DNA from: Cyanophyceae cyanobacterium
Lineage (GTDB): Bacteria > Cyanobacteriota > Cyanobacteriia > Cyanobacteriales > Laspinemataceae
Length of the DNA: 64,000 nt
NCBI GenBank assembly: GCA_038321985.1
Contig: JBBQFN010000009.1
Location: forward strand, 64,001-128,000
Direction: 5' to 3'
Below, piece by piece: positions 32,856-42,563 of this stretch; the first letter of the stretch is position 1; every line of letters starts with the position of its first letter. The notes below the pieces were generated by a model. That model saw nothing but the letters and a program-made list of their open reading frames with translations. It was not told where the DNA came from and made no database searches. The position numbers were made by a program, and so were the translations under genes.

Positions 32856-33476
32856 ATGAAAGTACCTGTTGAAATTACTTATCGCAACATTGAAAAGACT
32901 CAGGCAATTGATAACTTAGTTCGGGAAAAAATTGCTAAACTCGAACAATTTTGTAACCACATCACTAGCTGCCGTGTAGCCGTTGAAAAAATCAACGATC
33001 GCCCCAGCAGTGGTTCTCCCTACCGCGTTCGTTTTGATATCACCGTTCCCCCCTCCCATGAAATTGCAGCAGTTCGTAATCCGGGGGAGGGAGATCAGTA
33101 TGACGAGCTTGGGACCGTGATTCGGAGTGCATACGAAGCCGCACGCCGTCAAGTAGTGGAACTAACAGAACGGCAAAATAAGAAAGTCAAACATCATCCG
33201 GAACAAGCAATGGGAGCAGTTGTCTCCAAGCTATTTCCTGAAGAGGGTTATGGCTTTATTAAATCCCTCGACAGTGGGCAAGAAATCTATTTCCATCGGA
33301 ATAGTGTTTTGGGCGATCGCTTTGATGAATTAAAAGAAGGAGCCGGGGTACATTTTTCCGAAGAAAATGGAGAAAAAGGACCCCAAGCGTCTACTGTTCA
33401 TATTGTCAATAAACCCGGTCCAAACGAGGCGGTGACTCAACAATCTGGCATCGAAAGACCTGTGGGGTGGAAATAG
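32856..33476 (+). CDS. HPF/RaiA-like domain fused to a cold-shock domain
   Basis: N-terminal HPF-like region (VEITYRN...ITSCRVAV); C-terminal GYGFI...IYFHRNSV...KGPQA. Confidence 0.85.
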   Translation: MKVPVEITYRNIEKTQAIDNLVREKIAKLEQFCNHITSCRVAVEKINDRPSSGSPYRVRFDITVPPSHEIAAVRNPGEGDQYDELGTVIRSAYEAARRQVVELTERQNKKVKHHPEQAMGAVVSKLFPEEGYGFIKSLDSGQEIYFHRNSVLGDRFDELKEGAGVHFSEENGEKGPQASTVHIVNKPGPNEAVTQQSGIERPVGWK

Positions 33477-33687
33477 TTACACTCTTTCATAGTGGCGTGA
33501 GCTACAGATAGCTTATGGGTAGATCATGGAAGTAAGAGTGCGTTCATCCTGTCCCCTCGGAAACAGCGTAGGGAGCAGGATGGAAGTGCTAAAGCACCGG
33601 CTTTTAACTACAAACTGGCTCCCTAAAACTGTACCTCATCAGTCAAAAAATATAAATCTCAAGATTCTAAAAAACCAGGAGAATACA

Positions 33688-34236
33688 ATGGCTTTAGCAT
33701 TACACAAACGGGCGATCGGTGTATTTGAAGATTCTAAAAACACAGAAAATGCCGTGAATGCTCTCAGGGAGGCGAGTTTCCCAATGGACAACGTATTAGT
33801 TGCGACTCAAGATAATATTCCCCCAGAAATGGAGAGTCCCGATAGCGAATTTTTGGAGAATCGCACCGTGGAAGGATTAGGAAAGGGTGTCATGAGTGGG
33901 ACAGTTTTCGGGGCGATCGCCGGCTTATTTAGTGGCCTAACAACCTTATTTCTGCCCGGACTTGGCCCGATCGCCGTAGTAGGTCCCGTCGCCACCATCG
34001 CCGGATTGACAGCAGCAGGCAGTTTTTATGGGGCCCTAGGCGGTGCGATCGTCGGGACGATTGCCGGAGACAAATTCACCGCAGGTCAAGCCAATATTTA
34101 TCATCAACATCTGACCCAAGGACATTACTTAGTCCGGTTAGAAGGGACCGATGAACAAATCGCCCAAGCCGAATCTATTTTGATGGAACATGGCATTCAA
34201 GAATGGCAACTGTATGAAAGTACAGATAATTCCTAA
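33688..34236 (+). CDS. General stress protein-like membrane protein (glycine-zipper type)
   Basis: RAIGVF...AV.AL...F; Gly-rich hydrophobic core LPGLGPIAVVGP; GHYLV; AGGAG upstream of the ATG at 33688. Confidence 0.75.
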   Translation: MALALHKRAIGVFEDSKNTENAVNALREASFPMDNVLVATQDNIPPEMESPDSEFLENRTVEGLGKGVMSGTVFGAIAGLFSGLTTLFLPGLGPIAVVGPVATIAGLTAAGSFYGALGGAIVGTIAGDKFTAGQANIYHQHLTQGHYLVRLEGTDEQIAQAESILMEHGIQEWQLYESTDNS

Positions 34237-34461
34237 GCCATCACTCCCCTCAGTGGGCAATGAAAACGGCGGATGGAAACGCCATTTTCGTTGCCAAGAA
34301 CTAAAAACTAGGCAAGTTAGGACTAATTTTCCACTCATCTGAACTCTAACAATCCTCTCCAAAGGAAGAGAGATTATCTTTATAATGTTGTGCCTCTAGT
34401 CCCAATTCCAAAAACGGCCTAATATAGTTAAGAACCATGAAGCCAAACTGAGAATAAATGT

Positions 34462-35388
34462 ATGAAAATTGCGATCGCGGGTGCAACCGGATTCGTCGGC
34501 AGTCGATTAGTGGAGAGATTACAACAAGCCGGTGATCAAGTCTTGATATTAACCCGCAATCCTACCAAAGCCAAGCGAGTCTTTCCTGATGCTGCCTTCC
34601 CCAATTTAGAAATCGTTGCCTATACCCCCACAGAATCCGGTCCCTGGCAACAAGCACTCAGCGGGTGTGATGGGGTAGTGAATCTCGCCGGTGCTCCCAT
34701 CGCAGACGAACGCTGGACCCCTGAACGTAAGCAGGAGATTCTCAACAGTCGCAAACTCGGAACCCGCAAAATTGTCGAGGCGATCGCCACTGCCAATCCC
34801 AAACCCTCCGTCCTCGTCAATTCTTCCGCCATTGGATACTACGGCAGCAGCGAAACCAGCACCTTTGACGAAACCAGCACATCCGGTAACGATTTTCTCG
34901 CCCAGGTTTGTCAGGAATGGGAAAGTGAGGCGCAGCAGGTGAAGGAATCCGGGACCCGCTTGGCGATTATTCGGACCGGAATTGTGGTCGGTAACGGAGG
35001 GGCGATCGCCAAAATGCTCACTCCCTTTCGACTCCTCGCCGGAGGCCCTCTAGGAAGCGGCCATCAATGGTTTTCCTGGATTCATCGCGAAGACCTCGTG
35101 AACCTGATTCTATTAACCTTACAACGGTCCGATATCCAAGGCATCCTCAACGGAACTGCCCCCAACCCCGTCCGCATGAACGAATTATGTCAAATTCTCG
35201 GACAAGTCCTGCATCGGCCTTCCTGGTTACCCGTTCCCGATTTTGCCCTCCAGCTTATCCTCGGTGAAGCCGCACAAGTCGTCCTAGAAGGACAGCAAGT
35301 GTTACCCAAACGCCCCCTAGAATACGGCTTTGAGTACCGCTATTTCACGGTAAAACCCGCCCTAGAAGAAGTTGTATCTCACGGTTAA
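34462..35388 (+). CDS. TIGR01777 family NAD(P)-binding epimerase-like protein
   Basis: GATGFVG, VVNLAGAPI, SAIGYYG, GPLGSGHQWFSWIHRED. Confidence 0.9.
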   Translation: MKIAIAGATGFVGSRLVERLQQAGDQVLILTRNPTKAKRVFPDAAFPNLEIVAYTPTESGPWQQALSGCDGVVNLAGAPIADERWTPERKQEILNSRKLGTRKIVEAIATANPKPSVLVNSSAIGYYGSSETSTFDETSTSGNDFLAQVCQEWESEAQQVKESGTRLAIIRTGIVVGNGGAIAKMLTPFRLLAGGPLGSGHQWFSWIHREDLVNLILLTLQRSDIQGILNGTAPNPVRMNELCQILGQVLHRPSWLPVPDFALQLILGEAAQVVLEGQQVLPKRPLEYGFEYRYFTVKPALEEVVSHG

Positions 35389-35389
35389 T

Positions 35390-35660
35390 AGGAAAAACCT
35401 ACCAAAACCGGATGCCATTTTTATCGGGGGTGGACTCACCACACCGGATTTGCTGGAAACCGGATGGCGATCGCTGGGACCTAGCGATCGCCGGGTTGCC
35501 AAACCCGTCACAGTCGAGAGTGAACAAATGTTTTTCCAGTGGCAAGGCAAACTGAGAGAAATCCTGACCCGCATGGTGATTCACCGGGCAGAACCCGTCT
35601 GCAAATTCCTAGGATAGAAAGCGATGGCACTCATCACCCACTGGGTTATAGTTAACTTGC
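35390..35660 (+). pseudogene. cobL: C-terminal remnant of precorrin-6Y methyltransferase (CobL/CbiET)
   Basis: LPKPDAIFIGGG...VTVESEQ...RAEPV.KFLG*KAM.L ITHW resembles the CbiT-domain tail; no N-terminal part; TAG at 35615-35617 where Trp is expected. Confidence 0.72.
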
Positions 35661-35723
35661 ACGGATGCTGCTTGAGAAAGAGTAATGTTATAACCTAGAC
35701 ACAGTTTTGGTATTTTTACTAAT

Positions 35724-36734
35724 ATGAGTGATTCTCAAAATGCTGAAAATTCCGGTATCGTCCCTCAACAATCAGGTCGGATCGTGTCTGTTGACGAATT
35801 TAAGTGACTATTCTATCAACTTAATGCAAAGCCTGATACTCAAATCCGGTTGCTGCCCGGAAAGAAAAACTTAGAATTGGCAGATATCAGAAGTATTAAC
35901 GAACAGATATTCGCTAAACTTCGCAATCATGATTTAGTCTCAGACATTGCATCCATTAATTTTGTTCTTTCTCCGAGAAAGATTAAGGATTACTGTACTT
36001 GGGCTGAATTTGAAAGAGAAAATTGGGACACAGTTAATGAAAAAGTCTTGGCAATTACTCTCAAATGGGATGTCGCAATTAAATTACCTCAGTATCAATT
36101 GCCTCAAATACATTCCTTAAAGATTAGAATGGGGACTGCAATTCCACCCAAAGATATTTTTCAGCTAATTCTTACAAGTGATGATATTGGAGAGTTGATG
36201 GAGGCAAGAACACCGAGTATATGTAAAGTGGATTTTGTAAATACTATTCTTGCCGACGAGTTGATGAACATTGTAGCTAGTTGGCATGAAGGATTGGGCG
36301 ATTTGCCAGAAACAAATCTTTTAAGCAGTTTTCTGGCTAAAAACGGTAATTTTTTAAGTCAAATGATTGGATATTTTTCACCTATTGTCTTATTGACAAT
36401 CTTCTCTCAGTATTATGATTTTTTAATGCCTTTGATTGGGATACAAGCGGAAGTTACAATTAAAATCTTCGAGGCATTACTAATCTGGTTAATAGGCATT
36501 TTTGTAGTTGGTGCTTTTTTAGGACGTAAGGTTGAAAAATGTATAAACAAACGGATTGACAAACTTGAGGAACATCCTCAAGTTTCTATTACAAGGGGTG
36601 ATAAAAAAGCCGTTGAGGAATTTGAAAAGACCAACAAGAAGCTGACGTATCAAATTGTAAATCGTTTCTTATGGGTAGTGTTCGGTTTGGTGGTGACTTC
36701 TTCAATTAAGTTCGTAATTCAATACTTTTTTTAA
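35724..36734 (+). pseudogene. Uncharacterised protein with C-terminal TM helices, interrupted by an in-frame TGA at 35805-35807
   Basis: ATG at 35724 gives MSDSQNAENSGIVPQQSGRIVSVDEFK*LFYQLNAKPDTQIR, in frame with the listed 35850-36734 ORF; AT-rich. Confidence 0.65.
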
Positions 36735-36984
36735 TGAGAAAAAGGCAAACAAGTCGGGTACAGCGGATTGGCCAAAATTGCTTAGGTAAGTTGCAAATAT
36801 CTCGGAAAACGCTTATAAGAGTTGATTTTTTTTGTCTTCAAAAACAAGGAAAAACAGCCAACTTCCTAAATTCGATTGATCGCAAAATTTAAATTCTCTA
36901 TCGCCCAATCGAGCCAAATGAAACATTCAAAAAAGGCTGACTCTAAAAACGGTTTGTGGAGGTATTAAAACCAAGGTAAAATCT

Positions 36985-37164
36985 ATGGAAAAAGTTGTTC
37001 ACAAAACCACGAAAAAACAGCAAACTAGCGACTTTCACTACTGGCAAAATCAGCCCCCCCTTAAACGCATTGAAGCCCTAGAACAAATCCGCCGAGAATA
37101 CCATCAATATAGATACAATGCTGAACCCAGATTTCAAATAGTTTATACAATTATTAAACTCTAA
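36985..37164 (+). CDS. Small 59-aa protein, upstream partner of the nucleotidyltransferase (not in the ORF track)
   Basis: MEKVVHKTTKKQQTSDFHYWQNQPPLKRIEALEQIRREYHQYRYNAEPRFQIVYTIIKL; overlaps the next gene start. Confidence 0.7.
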   Translation: MEKVVHKTTKKQQTSDFHYWQNQPPLKRIEALEQIRREYHQYRYNAEPRFQIVYTIIKL

Positions 37165-37555
37165 TCAAGTTAACTATCTGATTATTGGTGGTTATGCCGT
37201 TGCTATTCATGGACACCCGCGCTACACCAAAGATATAGATATTTGGCTAGAAATGTCATCAGAAAACGCCGATAAAATCATAATTGCCCTTGAGCAATTT
37301 GGCTTTGGCAGCCTTGGCTTATCTGCCCAAGACTTTCAAACCCCCGACCAAATCATTCAACTGGGTTATCCTCCCAATCGCATTGATCTAATTACCACCC
37401 CTGACGGCATTGATTTTGAAACCTGCTATAGTTCAAAAACCGAGGTTATTGTTGATGATATTCCCGTTCAATTTATCGATCTGGACAATCTAAAAAAAAA
37501 TAAAAAAGCATCGGGCAGACTACAAGATCTAGCCGATCTAGAAAATCTGGAATAA
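37118..37555 (+). pseudogene. Nucleotidyltransferase-fold protein with an in-frame TAG at codon 8
   Basis: MLNPDFK*FIQLLN...YLIIGGYAVAIHGHPRYTKDIDIW...RIDLI...[17 protein letters not shown]. Confidence 0.8.
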
Positions 37556-37660
37556 TGCCCTATTACGCCGTAGAAGCCATTATCAAGCGAGTCAAGGATA
37601 CCGATAAAAACGGCTATATCTGGGATACCACAGGCTCAGGCAAAACCCTCGCCTCGTTCT
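37555..37660 (+). pseudogene. hsdR: Short remnant of type I restriction subunit R (helicase motif I)
   Basis: YYAVEAII...[17 protein letters not shown] resembles the Hsd[14 protein letters not shown] motif; similarity ends immediately afterwards. Confidence 0.7.
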
Positions 37661-37843
37661 CCCCAACTCCAACACCTTCATGTACCCCGATCGCCCTTAC
37701 CCCAGAGCAAAAGTTCCTCATCCCCAACTCCAACCCTCGAAAAAGAGTTTTTATACCTAAAAAAAATGTGGCTGTACCTGAATTCAGGACAGCCGCCCAA
37801 GCTTAGTATTCTGTATAGAATATGAAGTTTTATTAACTTCCTC

Positions 37844-38035
37844 TTAATCTAAGGCGTCCCCTAATTCGGAGTCCGCTTCCAGATTATCCGGATCGACATA
37901 GTGACAGGAATTTTCGACGCAAATCAGCGCCCAACCAGAATCTTCTATCCCCATCAACTTATAAGAGGCTTCTTGAACGAAAAATCCTTTATGATTGCGG
38001 GTCTCGGGTTTGACAGTAACATTATCCATAGTCAT
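37844..38035 (-). CDS. Small acidic hypothetical protein
   Basis: 63 aa; AAGGAG upstream; hairpin plus T-tract downstream (~37760-37797). Confidence 0.6.
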   Translation of the reverse strand: MTMDNVTVKPETRNHKGFFVQEASYKLMGIEDSGWALICVENSCHYVDPDNLEADSELGDALD

Positions 38036-38559
38036 TTGTACTCAACTCCTTGTTTAAAATCTGGTTTACGATTAAACTAACCTGAGGGTTTAATCACTAA
38101 GTTCATCAAATCTTATCATTAAAATCTCCTTTTTTTTATTAAGTTTTTCAAAAAAATATTAACAAATATAAATACTCCCCCTAGTTCTGGTCTTGATTGC
38201 TTCAGGTCCTTGATCAGAATGTAGGGAATCGGACCAAAGTGATGGATTGAAGTCACATTTAAGCTCCAATAAGGGGCGATGCTCAGGGGTTTACATAAAC
38301 CTTAAAACTTTCTTAAAACTTAAGCGAGAATTCTCAGAGGGCTGGACCCCTAATGGTTTGGAAAAATGGGTTGTCAACAGCATAGGGGGAGTGGGGCTGA
38401 ATTTGTTTAGGTAAAATTGCTGTTAGCAACCCTCAGAAGGGGGTAGAGTAGGGAACTCTCTAACTCCCGAACGCTTCGAGTCACACCAGTGATCAATCGG
38501 CGATCGCGAAGACCCTAATTTTGTGCTAAACCTAGAATTAAAATCATGCAAAAGAGGGA

Positions 38560-39153
38560 ATGCGGCAACCCATGAATAGGTCGTTATTAACGCAAGTATT
38601 GAGAGGAAGCGGGTTAGGGGTGATCGCACTCTTGCAGACCCTTACTCCGACATTGACCCTCGCGCAACCTTCAACTCAAGTAACAAACCCGACCTTTTTT
38701 TGCGGGAGTGTAGATGGGATTCCCGCAACGATGGCGCGTACCTCTACCGGGGAAATGCCAATGGTAATTTGGGATATAAATACCATTAAAGACCCCAATA
38801 TTAACCTTCAAAAACAGTGTGAGGAAGTCTCTAATCGCTTCCAAACCTACTCGGACAACGGCACACTTAACTATATCACCAGTGGGATTATGAACGGGCA
38901 ACTGGTCGCCTGTGTTGCGCCCGGAGAAAATGAGCCATGCAGCGGGATATTGTTCCCTCTAAGTGGGGGAAGCAATCCCCGAGGAATACTGCAACGGATG
39001 TTCCGAATTCGGGTGGCATCCTCTGCACCGATCGCCGAAACAACTGATCGCCTGTACATCCGCTTTGATAAGTATTTAAACGGGGAATATCCCCAACTCC
39101 CCGGATTGGGAAGTCGGACCCCGCCAGTTCCTCGTCGAGATGTTCCCGAATAA
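38560..39153 (+). CDS. COP23 domain-containing secreted protein
   Basis: Signal peptide; FFCG...PATMART; CEEVSNRFQ; LNYITSGIMNGQLVAC; C.GILF pattern characteristic of COP23. Confidence 0.8.
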   Translation: MRQPMNRSLLTQVLRGSGLGVIALLQTLTPTLTLAQPSTQVTNPTFFCGSVDGIPATMARTSTGEMPMVIWDINTIKDPNINLQKQCEEVSNRFQTYSDNGTLNYITSGIMNGQLVACVAPGENEPCSGILFPLSGGSNPRGILQRMFRIRVASSAPIAETTDRLYIRFDKYLNGEYPQLPGLGSRTPPVPRRDVPE

Positions 39154-39171
39154 AGGTTAGGCACAAACAGT

Positions 39172-40833
39172 ATGAAATGGTCTACGGCGGGTCTATCAGC
39201 GGCGATTCTCGGTTTAGGGGCGGTAATTTTAGTCGCACAGGCCCCGATTTCTCTACCTCAAACCCAGGGGATTGAAGAACAGGCGATTTCCGCAATGGGT
39301 CGCGATGTTTCGGTGGTGATTAATGGTCAAAATCCCGGTTCGGGGGTAATTATTGCCCGCCGTGGCAATACTTACACGGTTCTGACGGCCAAACACGCGA
39401 TCGCCACCCCAGATGAATATGCCATTCTCACTAGCGATGCTCAAACCCATCCGGTGGATTATGGCACAGTCAAAAAACTGCCCGGAGTGGATTTAGCGGT
39501 GGTGGAATTCACCAGTCCCAACCGCTACCGAGTTGCTCATTTCGGCAATTCTGATGATGCAATGGAAGGGGCAACAATTTATGTATCCGGTTGGCCCCAT
39601 CCGGGACGAGTGATTACGGAACGCATTTATCAGGTTGCCAAAGGGACAATTTCCGGTCGTCCTCTCACCGCATTAGAGGATGGATATGGGTTGATTTATA
39701 CTAATATCACCCGTTCGGGAATGAGTGGGGGTCCGGTGTTTGACAACCAGGGCCGGTTAATTGGCATTCACGGACGTGCCGAAGGGGAACCGATTTACAA
39801 TCCTGATACGGGAGATACGGTGGATGTCAAATCCGGGTTTAATGTGGGAATTCCCATTAATACTTTTGTGAGTTTGGCCGGGGAAACGGGGATCAATTTA
39901 CCCCACTTAGGGGATAATTTTGCTGCTGCCAGTGTGACACTTCCGGCACATTCGGCGTTAGTGTTAGCGGTGGCAGTGGCCCCGGACAATCAGGCGATCG
40001 CCAGTGGAAGTCGAGATGGCATCATCAAACTTGCTAATGGGAATAGCGGCCAAGAACTCCGCACCCTCACCGGCCATACCGATGCAGTAACGGCCCTCAC
40101 GTTTAGTCCCGATGGACAAACTTTAGTGAGTGGCAGTGAGGATGGGACGGTCAAAATTTGGAACCGGCAGTCAGGGGAACAGGTGAGAAGCATCAAGGGC
40201 GATCGCTCCTTTGTTCGGGCAGTGGCCTTTAGTCCTGATGGCACTCTACTCGCTTCCGGCAGTGCGGAAGATACAGACATTAAACTCTGGAATCCTCAAA
40301 CTGGAGACTTAATTCGCACCCTCACCGGACATCGAGACTATGTGAATACCGTGGCCTTTAGTCCCGATGGCAAAGTTCTGGTGAGTGGCAGTACCGATAA
40401 AACCATCAAACTCTGGAATCCCGATACGGGAGAAACCATCCAGACCCTTACCGGGAATGCCAACCGGATTACCTCCGTTGCCACGACACCTTATGGCAAT
40501 CTCCTCGCTGCTGCCAGTGCAGAAGATGGACTGGTGAAAGTGTGGAATCTTCGCACGGGGGAATTGCTACATACATTAACAGGTCATAGGGGAACCGTTT
40601 ACAGTATTGCCATTGACCCCTACGGCCATATTCTTGCCAGTAGCGGAATTGATGGGACAATCCAGATTTGGAACCTCTATACGGGGAATCGGGTGCGAAA
40701 TTTGGAAGTGAAAAATTTAGGGAGTGGCACTCCAAGTCCAGTGTTTTCCCTCGCCTTTTCTAGGGAAGGGAACATTCTAGTTAGTGGGGCCGATAATGGC
40801 ATGGTTCAATTGTGGCAAATTCCCCAACGTTAA
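39172..40833 (+). CDS. Trypsin-like serine protease plus regular WD40 propeller
   Basis: Signal peptide; LTAKH, DLAVV, GMSGGP triad; about seven GH...W repeats. Confidence 0.9.
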   Translation: MKWSTAGLSAAILGLGAVILVAQAPISLPQTQGIEEQAISAMGRDVSVVINGQNPGSGVIIARRGNTYTVLTAKHAIATPDEYAILTSDAQTHPVDYGTVKKLPGVDLAVVEFTSPNRYRVAHFGNSDDAMEGATIYVSGWPHPGRVITERIYQVAKGTISGRPLTALEDGYGLIYTNITRSGMSGGPVFDNQGRLIGIHGRAEGEPIYNPDTGDTVDVKSGFNVGIPINTFVSLAGETGINLPHLGDNFAAASVTLPAHSALVLAVAVAPDNQAIASGSRDGIIKLANGNSGQELRTLTGHTDAVTALTFSPDGQTLVSGSEDGTVKIWNRQSGEQVRSIKGDRSFVRAVAFSPDGTLLASGSAEDTDIKLWNPQTGDLIRTLTGHRDYVNTVAFSPDGKVLVSGSTDKTIKLWNPDTGETIQTLTGNANRITSVATTPYGNLLAAASAEDGLVKVWNLRTGELLHTLTGHRGTVYSIAIDPYGHILASSGIDGTIQIWNLYTGNRVRNLEVKNLGSGTPSPVFSLAFSREGNILVSGADNGMVQLWQIPQR

Positions 40834-40859
40834 CGGTATTTTAGAGTGAATTAAATCCC

Positions 40860-42548
40860 ATGTTTCGGAATTGGTATTCTGGCATTTCCACAGTTCTATT
40901 AAGCGCTACAATTGTAGCGCTTTCATCGACTTTTGCTCATCCTCAAACGGTGGATGAGCGAGTGATTGCAGCCATTGCAAAATCCATAACGGTGATTATT
41001 CAGGGTCAAAATCCCGGTTCGGGAATTATTATTGCCAAACAGGGTAACACTTACACGGTTTTAACTGCCAAGCACGTTCTGGCAACTGAGGATACTTATC
41101 AAATTGTCACCCCCGGGGGTACTGTATATCCGCTCAACTATAACCAGGTCACTAAACTGCCGAATTTAGACCTTGCCTTGGCCCAGTTTACCAGTTCTGA
41201 ATATTATCCTGTGGCAGTGATGGGGAACTCGGATACGACCACAGAAGGAACGGGGGTTTATATTTCTGGATGGCCGCATCCCGGAGAGGCAATTACCCAA
41301 CGGATCTTTCAAATTACCTCGGGAAAACTTTCAGGGCGAGCGATGGGGGCGGCAGATGAGGGATATGAATTAGTGTACACCAATGTGACGCGATCGGGAA
41401 TGAGTGGCGGCCCGGTTTTTGATGACAGTGGGTTACTAATTGGCATTCACGGACGCGCAGAAGGGGAACCGATTTATAATCCCGAGACAGGGGATACAGT
41501 GGCGGTGAAATCCGGGTTTAATTTAGGGATTCCCCTGAATCTATTTTTAGAAACCGCTACCGAAGTTGGAGTTAATTTACCCTATGCGCGATTTAACTTT
41601 TTTTCCGTGCAGGATTTGAAAGTCGATGACAAGTTTTTTGTGACTTCGGCAGCGATCGCACCGGATAATCAGACTGTGATTGTAGGGTATGGAGATGGGA
41701 TAATTCGCGTCTGGGATTTGTCTACGGGGGAATTAAAACAAACCTGGGATCAAGGCAGTCGGCATCTCACTAAAAAAGTCCATATCACCCCCGATGGAAA
41801 ATCTTTAGTTAGTCTACATCGTCGCGATGCAGAACCGGATATCATTCAGGTGTGGGACATAAAGACGGGGACAATTCAACACACCTTTAACGGTGATTTT
41901 TTCACGGCAATGAGTCCCGAGGGTCAACTGATTGCCACGGCAAATCATGGCGATAATGTGATTAATTTGTGGGAGGTGCAAACGGGAACTCTCAAAACAG
42001 CGATCGCCTTCGATGAGGAAGTCACCGATTTAGCTTTTAGTCAGGATGGTCAATGGATTGCTGTTGCGAATGCTTATCACGGCAGACTTTTGAACTTAGC
42101 GACCCAAGACCCTATTCAAACGGTTCAATATCCCTTCGATACTCCCGCAAAACAAACCGTGCGATGTGTTGCCCTTAGTCCCGATGGAACAACATTTGTC
42201 ACGGCCTTAATGCCCCGGTCTAATTTTTCTGGTCGAGTAATTATATGGGATATTCAAACGGGGGAAATCCTCCAAAACTGGACGATTCCTAAAACACATA
42301 TTAAATGGAATTGTTCTTTATTTTTTGACCCTTCAGGACAACGATTAGTGTTAGCAGGAGGGTCGGTTGAGGATGAAGACTCGGTGTTGATGTGGAATGT
42401 GCAAACTGGCAATGCACTGGTTTTTCCCCAAGGGAAAACCACGGCTGCCTTCAGTCCGGATGGTCAAACTTTTGTAACAGGCCGTTATGATAAAAAGGGT
42501 ATGGGTGCTGGAGCAGAATTTATGACGATTTGGCGACCTAAACCTTAG
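40860..42548 (+). CDS. Trypsin-like serine protease plus divergent WD40 propeller
   Basis: Signal peptide; LTAKH, DLALA, GMSGGP; SPDG...WD repeats. Confidence 0.9.
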   Translation: MFRNWYSGISTVLLSATIVALSSTFAHPQTVDERVIAAIAKSITVIIQGQNPGSGIIIAKQGNTYTVLTAKHVLATEDTYQIVTPGGTVYPLNYNQVTKLPNLDLALAQFTSSEYYPVAVMGNSDTTTEGTGVYISGWPHPGEAITQRIFQITSGKLSGRAMGAADEGYELVYTNVTRSGMSGGPVFDDSGLLIGIHGRAEGEPIYNPETGDTVAVKSGFNLGIPLNLFLETATEVGVNLPYARFNFFSVQDLKVDDKFFVTSAAIAPDNQTVIVGYGDGIIRVWDLSTGELKQTWDQGSRHLTKKVHITPDGKSLVSLHRRDAEPDIIQVWDIKTGTIQHTFNGDFFTAMSPEGQLIATANHGDNVINLWEVQTGTLKTAIAFDEEVTDLAFSQDGQWIAVANAYHGRLLNLATQDPIQTVQYPFDTPAKQTVRCVALSPDGTTFVTALMPRSNFSGRVIIWDIQTGEILQNWTIPKTHIKWNCSLFFDPSGQRLVLAGGSVEDEDSVLMWNVQTGNALVFPQGKTTAAFSPDGQTFVTGRYDKKGMGAGAEFMTIWRPKP

Positions 42549-42563
42549 AAAAAATGGTGAAAT

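Noticed and set aside
33543..33585. Hairpin after the HPF-CSD gene as a possible riboswitch
   Set aside because: No recognisable aptamer motif; more likely a terminator or stabilising stem. The ORF extension from 33526 is also unsupported
12839..37141. Stop-codon reassignment suggested by several in-frame stops (TAG at 12839, 35615, 37139; TGA at 35805)
   Set aside because: The stops replace different expected residues (Tyr, Trp, Glu), and intact genes here end in TAG or TGA, so ordinary pseudogenisation or sequencing error fits better
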